Shown here in pieces: positions 32,549 through 40,979 of a stretch of 64,000 nt of DNA. The position numbers were made by a program, and so were the translations under genes. The first letter of the stretch is position 1; every line of letters begins with the position of its first letter. The DNA lies in IMG/VR virus record IMGVR_UViG_3300045450_000145, positions 96,001 to 160,000 of that record. One strand, written 5' to 3'. A model generated the notes under the pieces. The model was not told the origin of the DNA and searched no databases. It saw only the letters and a program-made list of their open reading frames with translations. This DNA comes from a virus.

Positions 32549-33216
32549 TGAGCTTACTAAAAGAAATTGCTTTACAAGATCAAGAGATGGAGGTCGAGGG
32601 ACCTTCTAGCCCTGGTAAGTGGAGCGTCGGCCACATGGCAAATCATGGCATTATTTTATCCTGTGATGGCTTTGTCTTAAAGTTAGATTTGCAAGAATTA
32701 AATAAGTTTTTGGATATTGCCGAAGATGGTGAAAGCGGTGAGATTAAAGACCATAACGGCAAGCTAATTTTAGTTGAGCCAACTGATGACAGCATTGTGC
32801 TAACTCGTAATGGAGATGAAACATACCCATCTGGGGTAGTTTTAGATTTAGAGACTCTTGAAGACCTTGGCATATACAAGGAAGAAGAGGAAGAAAATTT
32901 AGAAGAACCTGATAACGAAGTTAATCCTGAAAATGAAGATGATAAAATCGAAGGTGTTGATGAAGCGGTGAAGGCTGCATTTAGACGTTCAGGTAATAAG
33001 ATTAAAAAAGGTTTCAGGGTAACTAGCGGTATTAGAAAAGGCCGAGTTGTCGCAAATATCAAAACTGCTTATAAGCCACGAGCAAAAGCTTCAACTAGAA
33101 TGAAGCTTAAGATTGCAGCGCGCAAAAAGAAAGTTATAAGAGTTTTAAAGTCAAAACGTACTCGTAAGAAATCTATCAGTAAGCGGCTTGTCCGCATGAA
33201 CCAACGAAGGAAGTAA
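32548..33216 (+). CDS. Prohead core-like protein, acidic N-half and K/R-rich C-terminus
   Basis: MSLLKEIA; VDEAVKAAFRRSGNKIKKGFRVTSGIRKGRVV...; resembles the basic tail of T4-like core proteins. Confidence 0.6.
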   Translation: MSLLKEIALQDQEMEVEGPSSPGKWSVGHMANHGIILSCDGFVLKLDLQELNKFLDIAEDGESGEIKDHNGKLILVEPTDDSIVLTRNGDETYPSGVVLDLETLEDLGIYKEEEEENLEEPDNEVNPENEDDKIEGVDEAVKAAFRRSGNKIKKGFRVTSGIRKGRVVANIKTAYKPRAKASTRMKLKIAARKKKVIRVLKSKRTRKKSISKRLVRMNQRRK

Positions 33217-33217
33217 A

Positions 33218-33520
33218 ATGCAGCTAATTAAGGAACTCTTAAACTTAGATAAAGCTAAGGATGCACAGGTAACAGAAGCTAAGGCCAATAAAGAACCTGT
33301 ACAGAAAATGTTCAAAATGGAAAATGGAAAAGGCGAAGATGATAATGTTCAGTTTAGCATGAGAAGCCGAGACGCATCAGCTGAAACTAAAAAGTTGCTT
33401 AAGGCATTAAACGTAGAAGTCTGGAACGAAGACGGTCAAACTTTCGTCAATGGCGCAAAGGGCGATGTTGCTAAAATTAAGAAAATCCTAAAGGGCGCTG
33501 GCTTTATTGCCACAAAATAA
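33218..33520 (+). CDS. Probable head-internal protein (100 aa)
   Basis: MQLIKELL N-terminus; VTEA site. Confidence 0.6.
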   Translation: MQLIKELLNLDKAKDAQVTEAKANKEPVQKMFKMENGKGEDDNVQFSMRSRDASAETKKLLKALNVEVWNEDGQTFVNGAKGDVAKIKKILKGAGFIATK

Positions 33521-34191
33521 TGTATACATACAAAGACCTAGAGACAGAAACTAAGTTTTCAAAAAGGTACTACATCACCCCGCGTGGGTCGTACCCGTCT
33601 ATTACCACCATTTTAGGCACTACACACCCGCCAGAAAAGGTGAAGGCACTTGAGGGCTGGAGAAATTCTCTAGGTCATGCCAAGGCAGACGCAGTCAGCA
33701 AGAAGGCAACTGATCATGGCACCAATGTACACTTATTAATTGAGAGGCACTTAAAAGGAGAACAGGTGGATGCACCTATTAATGGTGAGCCTGTTCCCTA
33801 TAATGACTTTAAAGCCTACAGCGCCTTGAAGCTAAAATTAAAAAACATTACAGAAGTTTGGGGCCAAGAAGTTCCACTATATTCTGACTCTATTGAGGTC
33901 GCTGGCAGATGCGACTTTGTCGGCAAGTACAAAGATACACCCGTCATTATCGACTTTAAGACTTCATCTAAAGTAAAGAGCGACAAGGACATCTTTGATT
34001 ATAAACTGCAGCTTTCATTTTACGCAATTGCTCATAATGAAATGTTTAATACTAACATCGAGCACGGCGTTATTTTAATGGTTGCAGAAACTGGATTTCC
34101 ACTCGAGTTCCATATTAAACTATCTGATTATTATGAGGACCTTGGAAAGCGAATAGAAAAGTTCAGGGAAACCTTAATAAATAAACAATGA
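33520..34191 (+). CDS. PD-(D/E)XK exonuclease (Cas4/RecB/lambda-exo-like)
   Basis: YPSITTIL, GTNVH, E-x-P-L, GRCD, IIDFKTS, QL-x-x-YA. Confidence 0.9.
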   Translation: MYTYKDLETETKFSKRYYITPRGSYPSITTILGTTHPPEKVKALEGWRNSLGHAKADAVSKKATDHGTNVHLLIERHLKGEQVDAPINGEPVPYNDFKAYSALKLKLKNITEVWGQEVPLYSDSIEVAGRCDFVGKYKDTPVIIDFKTSSKVKSDKDIFDYKLQLSFYAIAHNEMFNTNIEHGVILMVAETGFPLEFHIKLSDYYEDLGKRIEKFRETLINKQ

Positions 34192-34209
34192 TTAAACATA
34201 GGAATTATT

Positions 34210-34782
34210 ATGGCTAAAATTGTTATTATTGCCCCAAGCGGCGCCGAAGATATTGATGACGCAGTAAAACTTTTACGCTCCGCAGGGCATGATGTAGAAA
34301 TTGAAGAACCCACTGCTAAAACTCTATTGCATATCGTATTAGGTTTAATGGGCCCAAGTGCATATGGCTTCGGCGCTGGTTATGCATACAAGCCCGGCAC
34401 CAAGGCTGAAGATGCAGATAAGGATGATGAAGACGAGGACGAAAACAAGGGTGACGCAGATACTGAAGAAGATACAGATGGTGACGCCGGTGGCGATAGC
34501 GACTTTAACTTTGAGGGTGTCATGGTCGACGGTGTGCCAGTTAAAGCCATCAAGACTGATAATGAACACACTGTCTTTGAAGTAAAAGATTTAATCAAAA
34601 CTAATGGCAAAGTCGTCTATACGGTCAATGAAAGCGTATTTACATTCTATCCATCAGAAGAAAACACGCTGCGCGTCTTAATTGAACAGAATCAATTCGG
34701 TTCTACTAAGTTAGTCCAAATTAAGAAGGGCAATGAGACCGTTCTTAAGATTGGCAAGGATCTTATTCAATCCTTTAAGTAA
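34210..34782 (+). CDS. Late hypothetical protein with acidic linker (190 aa)
   Basis: TAAATA 34178-34183; AGGA RBS. Confidence 0.75.
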   Translation: MAKIVIIAPSGAEDIDDAVKLLRSAGHDVEIEEPTAKTLLHIVLGLMGPSAYGFGAGYAYKPGTKAEDADKDDEDEDENKGDADTEEDTDGDAGGDSDFNFEGVMVDGVPVKAIKTDNEHTVFEVKDLIKTNGKVVYTVNESVFTFYPSEENTLRVLIEQNQFGSTKLVQIKKGNETVLKIGKDLIQSFK

Positions 34783-34804
34783 TTAAAATTAGTCATAAAA
34801 TATA

Positions 34805-35443
34805 ATGCAAAATACACATAGCCCGTTTGAGGTGATTGAAGATTTTATTTCGCCCGCAAAGTGTGATAAGATTATTGAGGAATTTGGCTTATCAGCGCCA
34901 ACAGTCGACGAGAAGGGTAAAGCCGATAAGAACGTTCGATTCATTTCTCAAGTTGATGCATTTACTGCAATTAAAGCTGCTTTAGCTGACAATGCTCCAG
35001 CTATTGAAGCCCGTTATAATTGCGTTATTCAATCATTTGAAACACCTGCATTTATGCAGTACTTTGAAAATCCACAGGCGCCATGTGAGCCGCATGGTTG
35101 TGAAAATTCAAAGTTTGTAAGACGAAAGTGGGTAAAGAACAAAGACGTCGATCTAGTTGGGTATTTGTGGCTGAAGGACTATAATAATGGGGTGCCACTA
35201 GACCCACGATTTGAAGTATATGGTGGTAAGCTAGAATTTCCATCTTATGATTTTAGCTTATTGCCACAAAAGGGAACCTTAGTTCTATTCCCGGCTGGAC
35301 CACACTTTATCACTGCAATTTCACCAGTATTAGTTGGGTCTCTAGAGCTAGTAAAGATCAGCATTAAAATTAGAACTAGAGATGATCAACTTTGGTTATA
35401 TCAGCCATCTAATTTTGCAGGTACGTATCAGGACTGGTTTTAA
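34805..35443 (+). CDS. 2OG-Fe(II) oxygenase-fold protein with atypical active site
   Basis: IEDFISPAKC, GGKLEFP, PQKGTLVLFP, ISPV-x-x-G; canonical HxD...H...R not clear. Confidence 0.65.
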   Translation: MQNTHSPFEVIEDFISPAKCDKIIEEFGLSAPTVDEKGKADKNVRFISQVDAFTAIKAALADNAPAIEARYNCVIQSFETPAFMQYFENPQAPCEPHGCENSKFVRRKWVKNKDVDLVGYLWLKDYNNGVPLDPRFEVYGGKLEFPSYDFSLLPQKGTLVLFPAGPHFITAISPVLVGSLELVKISIKIRTRDDQLWLYQPSNFAGTYQDWF

Positions 35444-35474
35444 TTAAAAAGGGAGCATAATGCTCCCTTTTTAA
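35444..35474. terminator. Bidirectional terminator at the strand-switch point
   Basis: TTAAAAAGGGAGCA-taa-TGCTCCCTTTTTAA between convergent operons. Confidence 0.92.
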
Positions 35475-36430
35475 TATTGCTTCCAATATCCAGCATTACT
35501 AGTATCCCCAGCCCACTCATAGATTTTATTCACATTGCCCATCATACCATTGTATTGCTCACCATAATTGATGTGGATGATGGATCGAATTGGGCCAGTG
35601 CTTTCTCCGACGGGTGTAGGTGGCAAGCCATCACCGTTCTCCAAATAGGTATCTGAGAAAATGGATAGGAAGTCATCATCAACTTCATCATCCTGTTCGT
35701 CAAATTTAGGATTAGGAGCTTGAGGAGGTGGTTGCCCTTCAACTGCCTTAGGAATACCTGATCTCGGCATCATTTCGATCCATGGATCACTGTCATTAAT
35801 TTGTTTACGTAAATCTTCAATTGACCAACCTTCAGTTGTAATTGTCGTACTCCCACCTTCACCACCATCTCCAGTAGTAGTGGTTTTACTTTCTCTTTTT
35901 AAGTCATATACTCTAACTCTAGGCTTAATAACGATGATGCTATTTGAAGTAACTTCTTCATTCTTTAATTTAAGCTTACATGCCAATTTATTCTTAACAT
36001 AAAATAGCTTATTGAAAGTATACTCGCCTAGCTCTTCCTCTAGTGCCATCCCCACCGCTATTTTTAAACTAATACTGTATCTGCGCGCGATTGGCTTCGT
36101 CGTTAGGTTCTCAATAGTGTAGCGCTCATTCCAATTTAATTCCTGGTCTAATAACTCTATTTCTGCCGGTCCGTTCACATTTTCTGCATATAATGTGTTG
36201 TGATTTGTAACAATAAGCTTGCCTTTTAATTCCCCCTCTTCCCCCGGAATAGTTGAAGTAAACTCTTCCATTCTAATTGAAATCTTATTGCCTTCACCAC
36301 CAGGGTCTCTAGCCCTAAAATAGGTGCCGCCAATAAACAACCGTGCTCGTCTAGTTGAACGCGTTTTAATAAATGGTTCGTCTGTTTTATTTGCCCTATA
36401 TGCATAGGTTGGCATACTTCCACTTGGCAT
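35471..36430 (-). CDS. Hypothetical virion-module protein (319 aa)
   Basis: Last gene of the PAAR operon. Confidence 0.75.
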   Translation of the reverse strand: MPSGSMPTYAYRANKTDEPFIKTRSTRRARLFIGGTYFRARDPGGEGNKISIRMEEFTSTIPGEEGELKGKLIVTNHNTLYAENVNGPAEIELLDQELNWNERYTIENLTTKPIARRYSISLKIAVGMALEEELGEYTFNKLFYVKNKLACKLKLKNEEVTSNSIIVIKPRVRVYDLKRESKTTTTGDGGEGGSTTITTEGWSIEDLRKQINDSDPWIEMMPRSGIPKAVEGQPPPQAPNPKFDEQDDEVDDDFLSIFSDTYLENGDGLPPTPVGESTGPIRSIIHINYGEQYNGMMGNVNKIYEWAGDTSNAGYWKQY

Positions 36431-36433
36431 AAT

Positions 36434-36730
36434 TTATTCCTCAATTGAAACTGAGTCTGCTCCAGTCACTACTACTCCATCATGGATATTCTTACCACAT
36501 CGATGTGGTGCAATTTTAGTTTTACCCATAATTGCAATTGGATTGTTATTTGCAAAGACTGTTGTTGACCATGAACCAATTAGCACTGTAGGTGGAAAGC
36601 AGCCATGACCCGTAGTTTTATTCTTATTTGTAGTTGCAACAGGCATGCCACCCATAAAGACGTTGCTTGAACCTTGTGCAACGTGATCTCCACAACTGAT
36701 ACTATCCCCAATGCGCACAGCGTTCCCCAT
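36434..36730 (-). CDS. PAAR-type spike-tip protein (T4 gp5.4-like)
   Basis: AVRIGD-x-x-x-CG, GSSNVF, GHGCFPP, H-x-C...H; start at ATG 36730. Confidence 0.88.
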   Translation of the reverse strand: MGNAVRIGDSISCGDHVAQGSSNVFMGGMPVATTNKNKTTGHGCFPPTVLIGSWSTTVFANNNPIAIMGKTKIAPHRCGKNIHDGVVVTGADSVSIEE

Positions 36731-36734
36731 GATT

Positions 36735-37340
36735 TTATCCTGCGTCAGCGTTGATAATAAAGCTTGGCCTAATGCCCTTAGCAATCAAAATATTTCTTAG
36801 CCTCCCCGGACTTACCACAGTAGTTTCAAATTCCATACCACCATGTTGCCAACTTTTAGCTGCCATCTCACTGCATACTTGTTTGTCTGTTTCTTTCTTT
36901 TGCACACCAAAGAATTCATTTAAGCCTATAACAATCAAGTTCCAGAATCCATATTGCTCGAAACCTATATTAGTTAGTAAGTAGTCCTCCACCTTTTCAG
37001 CATTAACATAATCTGGCCGGTGATGAACTTCCATTTTATGGTCCTTAAAGTGACTTAGCTCTACAATTCTACGGTTAGTGCCAACAGATTCAACTAGCAT
37101 TAATCTCCTAATGCCTGTTTCACTTGTCATCCACAGCGCGACCCCAGTATGATAGATTTTTGAACCTGTAAAGAACATCGTTGTATATGTGGTTATGCGA
37201 TGTAGGGTGGAATCTTCGTGAGACATGAAGAAGCTAATAATGTCACCATTCTTAATTTGATCTCGTGCTTCATCATAAGTCAGCTTTATATCTGGCGGTG
37301 ACGTATCAATTGACATTAGTTTTTCATATTGACTTAGCAT
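36735..37340 (-). CDS. Permuted papain-like NlpC/P60 (YiiX/YaeF, C92) enzyme
   Basis: GDIISF, HTGVA (His before Cys), VCSEMA, SPG-x-L. Confidence 0.85.
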   Translation of the reverse strand: MLSQYEKLMSIDTSPPDIKLTYDEARDQIKNGDIISFFMSHEDSTLHRITTYTTMFFTGSKIYHTGVALWMTSETGIRRLMLVESVGTNRRIVELSHFKDHKMEVHHRPDYVNAEKVEDYLLTNIGFEQYGFWNLIVIGLNEFFGVQKKETDKQVCSEMAAKSWQHGGMEFETTVVSPGRLRNILIAKGIRPSFIINADAG

Positions 37341-38964
37341 AAGCTAGAAGCTCCCTTGATCTTTTTAACCAGCCGTTGATGTATTTCTGACGCTGTGGAT
37401 TTTCTAAAACAATATTCTGCATGAATGCCTGTTGGGCTTGCTGTAATGCTTCACACGCCTTTAAATCGGGTAAGTTATCAAAATCTACATTACGCTTGAT
37501 AATATTTGCATTACCCACTCCGTGCAGATAGTTCATGTCAAACAACATAATTGCGCACCTAGGCCGTAATTTAGATAGCTGTTCAGGTCCTCTTTTCCAA
37601 TAGTTATTCAAACCAGTCTTCTTGGCACTAGCATAATTCATGCTATTAACTTTTATACTTGGGTTTGGTCCTTGCGCAATTCCAAATTTGGTCTCTCCGC
37701 CGGGATAGCCCGGCGTATTTACATATCCGGTCTTTTTACGTTGTGGTGGGGTTTCAATTAAGCCCTGCGATACTTCCGGATCATTGGGTGAGCTTAGACT
37801 CCAGTGGGGCCCAACTTCATGCTGCATCGTAAAGAACCATGCTCGTTCAAATGGATCTTCAATGTTATTTGGCGGCACATCTTCGTTTGTTTCGTTTGGG
37901 TCTTTTGGATATTCTGGCCCAAATGCTTCACAGCCATTTTCACGTGCATCTACATTGTCCTTTGTTAAAACCGCCTGTGAATTAGTTTGCGTAATAATTG
38001 TGCCAGCTTTTGCCGTATTGTCTGGATTAGTTTCTTGAGCTACATCCAGAGACCCCCGGATGTATGGCACTGGATCAACTTTAGTACCTGATGGTAAGCG
38101 GCATTCGAAGTGCAGGTGAGCCCCTGTGCCTACACCGGTATTGCCCTCTAAGCCGATTTTCTGACCAGCCGAAACTTTTTGCCCGACGCTAACGTAAATT
38201 TTATTCAAGTGCATATAGACTGTAGTGCACAAATGTTTACCTGCACCATTAAGGTGCTTTACTTTAATGTAATTGCCGGCACCGCCATTTTGAAACCCTG
38301 TAAATTCTACTTCACCATCAGCAGCCGCTAAAATATCTCCGATCTTACCGCCAGGTAAAGCAAAGTCTGCGCCACCATGCTGGCTTGAGGCGCCAGTAGT
38401 TGGCGGTCTTCTAGGACCAAACTTTGAAGTCACGATAGAACCAGGCAGCGGGTGAATGAATTTAATTTCATTAGAACCGGTGGCTAGTGCAGGAGAAAAT
38501 GTAAAGGCGCGAGTGTCAATTTCTTCACCCTTACTATCTTTAGCGGTAATTTTGATCTTAATGCTCTTGCCAAAATACTCTTTTGCAAATTGACCTTTTA
38601 GCAAGCCACTGCTGGTAAAAGTGACTGTGGTGCCAATATTCGTAATAATATTGTCAGCATCATCTTTCATTTCCCAACGAGATGCCTGCTTGTATTCTGG
38701 ATTATTACCATTATGCGTCATCTCAAACTGAACGCCATTGCCATTAATGCCAACTTTGGCACCTCCAGTTAATGGAATGTCAGTATTGCGAATTTTATTT
38801 GGGATTTCTTCGGTTTTGTCATCCATTCGGCCAGTGGTATTACCTGACCTTTTCATATAGCAATCTACTGATTCGCCTTTGCGAATGTCAGTGTCTTGAG
38901 CTGGAACATCGGTGTCACCACTTGTTCCAACACTCACCTTAGTTGGAGCTGGGCAGCAACTCAT
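37324..38964 (-). CDS. Multidomain peptidoglycan hydrolase: Ig-like + M23 peptidase + GH108 lysozyme/PG-binding
   Basis: M23: HGGADF, YMHL, TGAHLHFE; GH108: GYVN...PGGETKFGI, FD-x-x-Y-x-x-G, NGWLKR. Confidence 0.9.
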   Translation of the reverse strand: MSCCPAPTKVSVGTSGDTDVPAQDTDIRKGESVDCYMKRSGNTTGRMDDKTEEIPNKIRNTDIPLTGGAKVGINGNGVQFEMTHNGNNPEYKQASRWEMKDDADNIITNIGTTVTFTSSGLLKGQFAKEYFGKSIKIKITAKDSKGEEIDTRAFTFSPALATGSNEIKFIHPLPGSIVTSKFGPRRPPTTGASSQHGGADFALPGGKIGDILAAADGEVEFTGFQNGGAGNYIKVKHLNGAGKHLCTTVYMHLNKIYVSVGQKVSAGQKIGLEGNTGVGTGAHLHFECRLPSGTKVDPVPYIRGSLDVAQETNPDNTAKAGTIITQTNSQAVLTKDNVDARENGCEAFGPEYPKDPNETNEDVPPNNIEDPFERAWFFTMQHEVGPHWSLSSPNDPEVSQGLIETPPQRKKTGYVNTPGYPGGETKFGIAQGPNPSIKVNSMNYASAKKTGLNNYWKRGPEQLSKLRPRCAIMLFDMNYLHGVGNANIIKRNVDFDNLPDLKACEALQQAQQAFMQNIVLENPQRQKYINGWLKRSRELLAYAKSI

Positions 38965-38967
38965 TTA

Positions 38968-39402
38968 TTATCTTCCTCGAATTCTAGAGATGAAGTTAGA
39001 CACTGCTCCACCTGTATTTCTGGTTGATGTTGCGCCTTGACTAGTTGTTTGTGGTTGAATTACTCTAGCTGAGTTTGGAGTGGCCGTTGCGCGTGGGGTT
39101 ACAGTTGCCATATCACCAGCTTCAGCTGCACTTACTGGGCTTTCATAGAAATTAACTAAGGTCTGGATCATACCTTCCAAGTTAGCAACATATTCTTCGG
39201 TATTATTAATCCAAGTTGCAACTTGGTTGTTTGTAGGATTAGTTGTGTTGATGGTCGGTGGTAAAGGCGGTAAGGTCTTTAAAGCATCCGGTGCCGTTCT
39301 AATTACATACTGTGACCTTACTACAATTTGTGGGTTATTAAAATCACCCCGCGCGGCGCACCCGGTCATGAGTAAAGCTAAGCTTAGAAGTATAAATTTC
39401 AT
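38968..39402 (-). CDS. Outer-membrane spanin (Rz1-like lipoprotein)
   Basis: Lipobox LMTGC; Pro-rich LPPLPP; follows the i-spanin. Confidence 0.8.
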   Translation of the reverse strand: MKFILLSLALLMTGCAARGDFNNPQIVVRSQYVIRTAPDALKTLPPLPPTINTTNPTNNQVATWINNTEEYVANLEGMIQTLVNFYESPVSAAEAGDMATVTPRATATPNSARVIQPQTTSQGATSTRNTGGAVSNFISRIRGR

Positions 39403-39405
39403 ATA

Positions 39406-39828
39406 TTATCTCTCTGCTGATCTGCGTCTAACTCTATCCTCTTGAATACTCCCAATCAAAGGCCCAAATACTGGGGCAGCTGCACCTGCATTAACCGAAT
39501 TAGATGCTTGATTTTGAATAATTACCTCACGAGTAACAGTATTTTGTCTATTAGTCGCTCGATTATCATTGATTGTATTTAATGCTTTATTTGCGAGGTC
39601 CCGTTCATACTGAAGAGATTCAATCGTTCTTTGGCTTTCGGCATTGGCAGTTACTGCCTTATCTCTTTCAACTGCCACTGCATCACGTTGTGAGATGGCT
39701 GTGTCGCGCTGTAAAGTCAAATTCTTAACATCGGAGTTTTTCTTAAATGCCCACACACCAAGGGTAGCCACTAAAACAATAATAGCAATACCCTTAATAC
39801 CGCCTAATAATGTAAAAATGGCGCCCAT
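39406..39828 (-). CDS. Inner-membrane spanin (Rz-like)
   Basis: N-terminal TM helix followed by a long coiled coil. Confidence 0.8.
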   Translation of the reverse strand: MGAIFTLLGGIKGIAIIVLVATLGVWAFKKNSDVKNLTLQRDTAISQRDAVAVERDKAVTANAESQRTIESLQYERDLANKALNTINDNRATNRQNTVTREVIIQNQASNSVNAGAAAPVFGPLIGSIQEDRVRRRSAER

Positions 39829-39839
39829 CTGTATTTACC

Positions 39840-40046
39840 TTAAACCAATACCGCAGTACCTGACTGCGGTAATGAGAAGACCACCGTCATTCTATTAATA
39901 GAATCATGCACAATATCACGTGGCAAGATTTTAGTTCTTTGCCCGTTAAAATCGATAATGACGTCAATGTTGGGTGTGTGACCTAAGTTGTGATCAATTA
40001 CCCAAGAAATGCTTGGGCTTGTTTGCTTATGTGTAAATGTCTTCAT
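39840..40046 (-). CDS. Single 'HNL' beta-module virion protein (68 aa)
   Basis: W-x-I-x-HNLG...P...I-x-H...V-x-F...G-x-A-x-L. Confidence 0.8.
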   Translation of the reverse strand: MKTFTHKQTSPSISWVIDHNLGHTPNIDVIIDFNGQRTKILPRDIVHDSINRMTVVFSLPQSGTAVLV

Positions 40047-40267
40047 TATGAAACCCTTGCGAAACCGCTTCTTGGTTCAGTAAAAGTTACAGCGCAATTG
40101 AGTTCATCAATATACTCGATGCTTTTAGGCATGACCCGTCTAATCTCACCATTATATAAAATGAACACATCAATAATTGGATATGTGTTCAAGTTGTGAT
40201 TGACGTTCCAAACCATTGCAGCATCTTCCTGTAAATGTTGGTAGGATGTAGATACTTGCGGTGTCAT
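40046..40267 (-). CDS. Single 'HNL' beta-module virion protein (73 aa)
   Basis: WNVNHNLNTYP...MP-x-x-I...V-x-F...G-x-A. Confidence 0.8.
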   Translation of the reverse strand: MTPQVSTSYQHLQEDAAMVWNVNHNLNTYPIIDVFILYNGEIRRVMPKSIEYIDELNCAVTFTEPRSGFARVS

Positions 40268-40270
40268 GAT

Positions 40271-40876
40271 TTAGATTAACTTTACAATGCCAGTGAAAGC
40301 CTCAGAGAATCTCACTGTAAGTTGATTTAAAGAGTTATGAACGATAGCCAGTGGCTGAACTTCCTGGTTACCAACAAACACTCTAACGATCGGCTCTCTA
40401 CCTAAACCATGGTTAATAACCCAGTCGGTAGCGGCTTCTGTTTGATAGTGAATAAATGAGTAAGTTGGCTTGACATTTCCATCATTGTGCCCAGTTAAAA
40501 CAATTGCACGACCACTTAATGGTGCGTGAGTATCAACTGTTACTGTGTTAGCATCAACGATAGTAATTTCGTCAGGAATAATTACTCTATTTGAAGTATC
40601 AAACACCTGAACTTGAACACTAGTTGTATTCAAGTTATGTTTGATTGTCCACATGCTTTGCGCTGTATTTTGTGAGTGCGTGTAAAGAGTTAGCTCTCTA
40701 GTTAACGGCACCCAAACAGGCAAGTTACCATTGGTCAAATCAACGCAGATGTAAAGAATCTTGTTTACAAACGCAAGCTGCCCAACTTTAGGAGTGGACG
40801 GGAATCTCTCTTCTATAGGTATAACTGAATTTTGCAGTTCATTCTGTTGCAGGTTTGCGTGACCGTAGAACTTCAT
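40271..40876 (-). CDS. Virion protein with two 'HNL' modules (201 aa)
   Basis: WTIKHNLN... and WVINHGLG...; TAAATA at 40907-40912 on the minus strand; AAGGAG RBS. Confidence 0.8.
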   Translation of the reverse strand: MKFYGHANLQQNELQNSVIPIEERFPSTPKVGQLAFVNKILYICVDLTNGNLPVWVPLTRELTLYTHSQNTAQSMWTIKHNLNTTSVQVQVFDTSNRVIIPDEITIVDANTVTVDTHAPLSGRAIVLTGHNDGNVKPTYSFIHYQTEAATDWVINHGLGREPIVRVFVGNQEVQPLAIVHNSLNQLTVRFSEAFTGIVKLI

Positions 40877-40924
40877 TTGGTTTTCTCCTTGTTAGCGCTT
40901 TGACTTTATTTATGGGCAAGCAAT

Positions 40925-40955
40925 AAAAAAGGACTGGCAAGAATATTACCAGTCC
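40925..40955 (-). terminator. Rho-independent terminator
   Basis: Minus strand GGACTGGTAA-tattc-TTGCCAGTCC-TTTTTT. Confidence 0.85.
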
Positions 40956-40979
40956 TCTAATACTAACCAGTTTAGTTTA

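Noticed and set aside
33520-34191. Cas4-like nuclease as a sign of CRISPR-Cas
   Set aside because: No repeat-spacer array or other cas genes in the window; solo PD-(D/E)XK exonucleases are common in T4-like phages.
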